Part shown: in pieces, positions 59,027 to 64,000 of the stretch
Layout of the letters: every line of letters begins with the position of its first letter
Numbering within the stretch: the stretch's first letter is position 1
Virus record (IMG/VR): IMGVR_UViG_3300045988_058019
Location: 32,001 to 96,000 of that record
Strand: one strand, 5' to 3'
DNA length: 64,000 nt
Source: a virus
Notes under the pieces: model-generated
The model's input: only the letters and a program-made list of their open reading frames with translations
Told to the model about the DNA's origin: nothing
Database searches by the model: none
Translations under genes and position numbers: made by a program

Positions 59027-59035
59027 CCACTAATT

Positions 59036-59088
59036 AGAACAAGAGAATAGCATAGCAAAAATAATGCGCTTGTTCTATATTTTTTATT
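59036..59088 (+). terminator. Terminator candidate after 58310..59026
   Basis: Stem AGAACAAG/CTTGTTCT, then ATATTTTTTATT. Confidence 0.55.
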
Positions 59089-59089
59089 A

Positions 59090-59537
59090 AAATAGACTCA
59101 CAAAGAAAATGTATTTGTGAGTAAATAATGGTGAAACCACATTGCTTTAAATAGTAATGTGAGGACCATTCCGCCCTATTTGCAATTATGAACTGCATAG
59201 TGACAGAGACCTAAGAAAGGGAAGCAAATGAGCGTTGATATCGTGGCGAAAGCTGCGTTCCACCATTGTACGTAGGGGTGTGTGGGTAATCGGCTAAAGG
59301 AACGTTCTATTATAGTATGTTGCGAGTACTATAGTAAATAGAGTAAGCATGGCGACTCGGAAAGACGAGCTTTACTTGCTGGTAGGGTAGTTTAAACCAG
59401 TAGTGCATATCTTTTCGGCGGTTTACTAGTAACGCACTTAAAAGTTTAAGGATAAACTGTACAGGAAACCAATTCCGATTTATAAGTTTGGTGACAACTT
59501 GAAAGAGAGTGACAGCCTGGAAAGACAGGCATTTTTT
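59090..59537 (+). ncRNA. Candidate large structured non-coding RNA (class unknown)
   Basis: About 450 nt with no credible ORF. Many helices are visible: CTCACAAA/TTTGTGAG, AATGGTG/CACCATT long-range, and GNRA-capped GTGGC-GAAA-GCTGC. Ends in hairpin GCCTG-GAAAGA-CAGGC plus a T-run at 59515-59537. Confidence 0.4.
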
Positions 59538-59610
59538 AGTCATCTATAGTATTAAAAAGGCTATAGTATAGTAGTAATACCTACTCAAAGAGCACGGCGG
59601 TGGGCTCATA

Positions 59611-59644
59611 GTCAGGTGATAAGCCTATTCCTGACATTTTTATT
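59611..59644 (+). terminator. Second terminator in the same intergenic region
   Basis: GTCAGG...CCTGAC followed by ATTTTTATT. It overlaps the GTG start proposed by the ORF track. Confidence 0.6.
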
Positions 59645-59663
59645 AATTCAAAAACAAAAAGTA

Positions 59664-59924
59664 ATGAAATATTACGCATTTATGCCATTTTGGCATTGGT
59701 CTGAAGTTATGGATGAAAGACCAACTGATGGAGATTACATTCTTGGTAATATTGTAAGAACTACTGATGCATTACTAGCTCTTACTTTGTATTCAGAAAC
59801 TCCATGTCCTGCATCTCAACTAATAGAGGCTAATAGCGAAGAAGAACTTGAAGCTAAAATAGAAGAGATGAAACAAAACTATAAGAATCCAGAATGGGTT
59901 TCTAAACTTGAAGAATTTCTATAA
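59664..59924 (+). CDS. Hypothetical protein, 86 aa
   Basis: ATG 59664 is preferred over the track GTG at 59616, which lies inside the terminator hairpin. TAA stop. Confidence 0.55.
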   Translation: MKYYAFMPFWHWSEVMDERPTDGDYILGNIVRTTDALLALTLYSETPCPASQLIEANSEEELEAKIEEMKQNYKNPEWVSKLEEFL

Positions 59925-59935
59925 ATTCTTATTTA

Positions 59936-60020
59936 GCCCGAATGGTGAAATAGGTATACACGAAAGACTTAAAATCTTTTGACCATTATGGTCGTGCGAG
60001 TTCAAGTCTCGCTTCGGGTA
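59936..60020 (+). tRNA. tRNA-Leu, anticodon UAA, long variable arm
   Basis: Acceptor GCCCGAA/TTCGGGT. Anticodon stem-loop AAAGA-CTTAAAA-TCTTT. Variable arm TGACCATTATGGTCG. T-arm GCGAG-TTCAAGT-CTCGC. Confidence 0.85.
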
Positions 60021-60299
60021 CAAAAGGATAGCTATCGTTTACTTCTCACAGACAGTTCTCAATAAAAAACTCAATAACTTCGGAGTAGCGTAAGCTACGG
60101 AGTTGTGTAACAATCCCAAGACATTGAGGGCACCAGTTTCTTATAATAGTATAGTTGGCAGACGTAAGGGCGTACTCAGCTGCCAGATGAAGCAGTGAAT
60201 TCTGTGGACTGATAGAGAACGTGTGATATTCAGGCTATGCGTTGCGCAGTTATAAGTTTTAGGTGTAAAATGCAATTTAATCATTAACTAAATAATCAT
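60021..60299 (+). ncRNA. ORF-free structured segment downstream of tRNA-Leu (candidate ncRNA or long leader)
   Basis: GNRA hairpin GTAGC-GTAA-GCTAC and hairpin TGGCAG...CTGCCA. No ORF. Confidence 0.25.
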
Positions 60300-60383
60300 A
60301 TGGATAGAGACACAGAATTAGGTATGTTATCAGTAATAATCACAATGATAGTATTATATCTATCTATATGGTTATTTAACTAA
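60300..60383 (+). CDS. Tiny hydrophobic ORF, 27 aa
   Basis: ATG to TAA, encoding MDRDTELGMLSVIITMIVLYLSIWLFN. Confidence 0.25.
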   Translation: MDRDTELGMLSVIITMIVLYLSIWLFN

Positions 60384-60395
60384 AAATGAACAGAA

Positions 60396-60620
60396 ATGAA
60401 TACTCTAATTAGTAAATTATTAGGAACTGCAGTAGGAGTAAAAATAGGGAATAATACTATTATAGGCTTATTAGTAGGTGTAGCATGGGATGAAAATTTA
60501 CAAATATCAGAGTTATCATTATCTCCTTCAGAGAATAATGTAAATACTTATCTCATTGACACATATATTATGCCTTATTTTGACGAACACCTAAATATAG
60601 TAGTATATACCGCATTATAA
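60396..60620 (+). CDS. Hypothetical protein, 74 aa
   Basis: Intact track ORF, TAA stop. Confidence 0.55.
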   Translation: MNTLISKLLGTAVGVKIGNNTIIGLLVGVAWDENLQISELSLSPSENNVNTYLIDTYIMPYFDEHLNIVVYTAL

Positions 60621-61245
60621 TATTAATACAGATTTATTTCGCAAAGTAATTATTCTATGAAATGCAAATTATCCTCATATGTTGTGAAACATAATTTAAC
60701 CACGTTAAAGTATAATAATATAAGTTAGGTATGTCCTTATAAAGACTTAGGTAGCGCTAAGGACTATATTATTATACTTCTCTTCTTAAACCACCGATGA
60801 TACGTGACAAGTCGTATATGGAATGAGTGTGAGTCAAGAAGTAAACTATTCCGCCTTTATATGCACATTAAAGGTTAAAGATTGAATAGTAATCCACGTG
60901 GTAGATGCAGTTGTAGGTTCCAACTGGTGCACATCTTTTAGAGACAGCAACCAAGCTCGAAGTAAGCAGAGCGAAGATTAGCTATACCTCGATAGGCTTA
61001 ATGAGGTGCTTAACAGTCTGACACTAACTGAACAATAAGTGTCTTTTAAGTTCACCCTCAAGAAGGGAAAATGTTGAACTCTACAGATATGTAGACAGCT
61101 CCATTAACTCTAGCTGTAATAAAGAGTTATTAATAGAGTAAGAGAATAGAAACGTGTATATCTACGTAGTTCTTAGCATAGCTTATAGTCGCACATCGTA
61201 ACTGATGACTATATTAATGCGCTTACTCTATTATTTTTATTGCAT
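60621..61245 (+). ncRNA. Candidate large structured non-coding RNA (class unknown)
   Basis: About 620 nt without an ORF. Shares collinear motifs with 59090-59537: ATTCCGCC(C/T)T..TGCA at 59168 and 60848, and GTGCA(T/C)ATCTTTT at 59403 and 60927. Closed by the 11-bp stem 61132-61142/61222-61232 followed by ATTTTTATT. Confidence 0.4.
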
Positions 61246-61272
61246 TAACTAACAAATAAATAATATCAAATT

Positions 61273-61719
61273 ATGGAGAAAATAACTTGTATTCAGCAGT
61301 ATGTAATAGATAATCTTATTGAAGATGAGATATTATCTACAAACAGTCTATTAGATGCAGTTTCTGAAGTATGTTCAGAAGAACAATTTAATAACATACT
61401 ATCTATTCTTATTGAAACACCTATTCCTTGTACAGACATACCTAAATTGGAGCATAAAGAAGACTCAGGAAATAAAACAAACTTAGTAAGAATGAGTATG
61501 TTTATACCTGAAGAAACTAACACTTTAGCTAAACTAGGCATAATAAAAATACTAAAAAAACAATTCAACTTTAGTCTTAACCAAACTAAAGAATATGTAG
61601 ATAGTTGCATAGGAAAGTATAGTATACTACCCAATGCTATTCTACAAACAGAAGTAGATGAAGTTACTAAAAAATTAGAACCTTACAATGTAATTGTATC
61701 TACAGCAGTGTTTTATTAA
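61273..61719 (+). CDS. Divergent ribosomal protein bL12 (L7/L12)-like protein, 148 aa
   Basis: The C-terminal KLGIIKILKKQFNFSLNQTKEYVDS...EVDEVTKKLEPYNVIV parallels the bL12 CTD ([25 protein letters not shown]...AEALKKALEEAGAEV). The N-terminal LLDAVSEVCSEEQF parallels VVELISAMEEKF. Confidence 0.5.
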   Translation: MEKITCIQQYVIDNLIEDEILSTNSLLDAVSEVCSEEQFNNILSILIETPIPCTDIPKLEHKEDSGNKTNLVRMSMFIPEETNTLAKLGIIKILKKQFNFSLNQTKEYVDSCIGKYSILPNAILQTEVDEVTKKLEPYNVIVSTAVFY

Positions 61720-62436
61720 TAAGTTAATGCAGTAAATATTACTGCATCTATACTGTGAGAATCAGTGTCAACTTTGTGGGGCTTATATTCAGTTATTCTT
61801 TATGTAAAATAGGAGTCATGACCTAATAATATCATAATATAAACTGATATTAGTGCAGAGAAATCAAAGACAATATACATTTTAGTGCGATTGATGTATA
61901 CGAGTAAAGGTCATGACAAGGTTCATGATTTAAGGGTGTCTTAAACGACAGGTTGAGAGCAACAACGTAAAAGCACAATTGCTAAGTCAGAGGAACCCAT
62001 CTCTGGCGCTCTTTAAGGTGAGAATCCTTAACAATCCTGTGGGGCTTATATCTCGTGTTTATAGTAGTGGTGTCACGAGTATTAGTGCAGACGTTAAAAT
62101 CAGGAACAACTATATTAGACGGCAATATTACCTTCTTCCGGTCGCAAATGTCATATAGTTTAATATAGCCAAGTTTGTTTCGTCCTTAGATTTACAGTAT
62201 TTGCCATTTGTTTATTTAATCATTGTTCGTTCTTAATTATACAGATTGATTAATTAAGCATAACAGTAAGCGTACTGTTGTCAGTATATTTATATGTGAA
62301 TATAGATATACTGATTGCACTCAAAAGCTGGCCTTCACGTGGCGAGTGTGTTAAGTAATAGGTCTAAAAAATCTTCCAGTTTTACCTATGAAAACTAACA
62401 GCTACCTTTTTATTAACTTTAATAACTATCAAAAAT
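61720..62436 (+). ncRNA. ORF-free segment containing two copies of a boxA-hairpin-boxB element (candidate ncRNAs or regulatory elements)
   Basis: TGTGGGGCTTATAT at 61775 and 62038, and TATTAGTGCAGA at 61848 and 62080. The intervening stem differs in sequence but stays paired in both copies. Confidence 0.4.
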
Positions 62437-62622
62437 ATGTATAAAAAACTATCAAATTTAAATGTTGGAGATATATTCCAATATGGAGACACTATATATG
62501 AAATAGTAGAAAAAGGAGTATGGCATGCAAAATGCAAGTATATTAATGAAACTCCTAAATCGGAATATTCACCTAAATATTTATTTATAAATTTTAGTCT
62601 TTATACTCGAGTTAAAGTTTAA
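62437..62622 (+). CDS. Hypothetical protein, 61 aa
   Basis: Intact track ORF, TAA stop. Confidence 0.5.
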   Translation: MYKKLSNLNVGDIFQYGDTIYEIVEKGVWHAKCKYINETPKSEYSPKYLFINFSLYTRVKV

Positions 62623-62633
62623 TAATTTTAAAT

Positions 62634-62716
62634 GCCCAGATGGCGAAATAGGTAGACGCTAAGGTCTTAAACACCTTTGACCATTGGTCGTGCGGGTTCG
62701 ACTCCCGCTCTGGGTA
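62634..62716 (+). tRNA. tRNA-Leu, anticodon UAA (second, diverged copy)
   Basis: Acceptor GCCCAGA/TCTGGGT. Anticodon stem-loop AAGGT-CTTAAAC-ACCTT. Long variable arm. T-arm GCGGG-TTCGACT-CCCGC. Confidence 0.85.
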
Positions 62717-62745
62717 CAATTAGTAATTAACATTAAAATCTATTT

Positions 62746-63051
62746 ATGATAAAAGTAATTAAATATTATGAACTAAATCGAATTAGTAGAATATTAGTAA
62801 TAGCAATAATAACATATATTATTGGCATTCTAATTAAAAGAGAATATGAAGAGTCCAAAACTGTATATAATTTTGTAGATTTACAAATGAAGTACAAGAA
62901 TTATATATTAGTTAATAAAGAGAGAAGTATTACTAATGATGAAGAATATAAGTTCACATTACGTAATCCTATTACAAATCAAAATAGTACTGTATACGTA
63001 AAATACTATCTATATCATCATGTATATTTCGTTGGAGATACTATAAAATAA
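62746..63051 (+). CDS. Small membrane protein, 101 aa
   Basis: Intact track ORF with N-terminal hydrophobic helix ILVIAIITYIIGILI. Confidence 0.6.
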   Translation: MIKVIKYYELNRISRILVIAIITYIIGILIKREYEESKTVYNFVDLQMKYKNYILVNKERSITNDEEYKFTLRNPITNQNSTVYVKYYLYHHVYFVGDTIK

Positions 63052-63070
63052 CATTTTAATCAATAAAAGT

Positions 63071-63439
63071 ATGAAAAGAGAAGAAATTAAATCTTACAAA
63101 GATGCTTGCAAAGTAATAGGTAGGAAACCTAGAACTTATAAAGATAAGCATTTGAATCTGTATGAACAGCTTAGTACAATTATAGCTGCTCTAAATTTCA
63201 TTAGTAATGGTAATAAACCTTGGACACCTAAGTTCGATTATTATTACATCTATTCTTGGTTGTATAGAGAAGATGAATATAATAAAACTGCGGGTTTGTT
63301 CCATTTGAATTCTTACCGTGGGTTGGGCTCTTCCTCTGCTGGTGTCGGGGCTTCTCTGAAGATAAAAGAAAGAGAAGATGGAAATTACATAATGGAAAAC
63401 TTTGAAGAACTACTCCAAGATTGGTTTTGGGGAGATTAA
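63071..63439 (+). CDS. Hypothetical protein, 122 aa
   Basis: Intact track ORF, TAA stop. Confidence 0.6.
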   Translation: MKREEIKSYKDACKVIGRKPRTYKDKHLNLYEQLSTIIAALNFISNGNKPWTPKFDYYYIYSWLYREDEYNKTAGLFHLNSYRGLGSSSAGVGASLKIKEREDGNYIMENFEELLQDWFWGD

Positions 63440-63464
63440 TTACTAATTTTAAAACATTATCAAA

Positions 63465-63929
63465 ATGGAAAATGATTTAATGGCGAGACCTGAACCGCCA
63501 AGAAGAACTGTTTGGGTAGTAGTAGCAATCCTTGCCTTAATAGGCATGATTGGAGCAATATTTTACGCAGAGCGTAAAAACATTGCTAATTTCTTAAATG
63601 GTGTAAACCAAGAAGAAGTACAAGAAGATGCGCATATTACTATTGAAGAGCCTGTAGCAACAATACAGGATATTCTCGATATGCGTGAGCAAATGAGAGA
63701 AGATAGAAGGATTGATAGTGTATTTTTAGCTATGCCAAAGGTAGTATTAATTGATATTTTGATGCAGCATGGTACATCATTGTCTATAAAAGACATGATT
63801 TACATATATGAATCAAACACATCAACGTATAACACAGTACTATCTGGAGCAAGAGCTCAAAAATATCTTGATGACTCTATACAAACTCATGTTATATCAA
63901 CGGTTGTAAATGACTCTATTCAAAATTAA
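63465..63929 (+). CDS. Hypothetical membrane-anchored protein, 154 aa
   Basis: Intact track ORF with N-terminal helix VWVVVAILALIGMIGAIFY. Confidence 0.6.
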   Translation: MENDLMARPEPPRRTVWVVVAILALIGMIGAIFYAERKNIANFLNGVNQEEVQEDAHITIEEPVATIQDILDMREQMREDRRIDSVFLAMPKVVLIDILMQHGTSLSIKDMIYIYESNTSTYNTVLSGARAQKYLDDSIQTHVISTVVNDSIQN

Positions 63930-64000
63930 AACCAAACCTCCTGTTTTAAATGAATATTAGAGTCTAGTATACTCAGTCTGTGAAGATAGAGTATACTTTC

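Noticed and set aside
59310-59543. 77-aa minus-strand ORF inside the first long intergenic segment.
   Set aside because: It is opposite to the local transcription direction, has no upstream context, and overlaps predicted plus-strand hairpins and a terminator. Judged a chance ORF.
59616-59663. GTG start at 59616 given by the ORF track for the 102-aa ORF.
   Set aside because: The GTG lies inside a terminator hairpin (59611-59644). ATG 59664 gives a cleaner 86-aa product.

Overview
This window reads as a 64-kb piece of an AT-rich, tailed-phage genome with crAss-like (Crassvirales-type) organisation. All calls come from reading the sequence and ORF track by eye; no search tools were used, so product names are tentative.

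Layout:
- Positions 1-57.1 kb are transcribed on the minus strand. In transcription order this is a block of small, mostly intact genes (57.1-50.2 kb: HNH and GIY-YIG endonucleases, thyX, a wHTH regulator, a GroES-like protein). An amber-suppressor tRNA follows at 49.9-50.0 kb. Next come TerL, portal, a scaffold-like protein and the major capsid protein (48.5-39.1 kb), connector genes, a large tail-fibre module (34-18.6 kb), lysis genes and very large virion proteins (13.2-0 kb).
- Positions 57.3-64 kb are a plus-strand block of small ORFs separated by unusually long ORF-free segments, plus two tRNA-Leu(UAA) genes.

Main results:
1. The apparent fragmentation of minus-strand genes is not decay. 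Every interruption I checked is TAG and never TAA or TGA, and a Gln-like tRNA with anticodon CUA is encoded. TAG also sits at conserved glutamine positions. The late genes therefore use a TAG-sense (most likely Gln) code.
2. A complete diversity-generating retroelement is present. A 96-nt template repeat and variable repeat differ only at template adenines. The variable repeat lies in the C-terminus of an 853-codon tail fibre. The reverse transcriptase itself contains eight in-frame TAGs.
3. Five free-standing homing-endonuclease genes are present.
4. The plus-strand block holds a cluster of probable structured non-coding RNAs and a divergent ribosomal bL12-like protein.

No rRNA, CRISPR array, integrase or transposase was seen.
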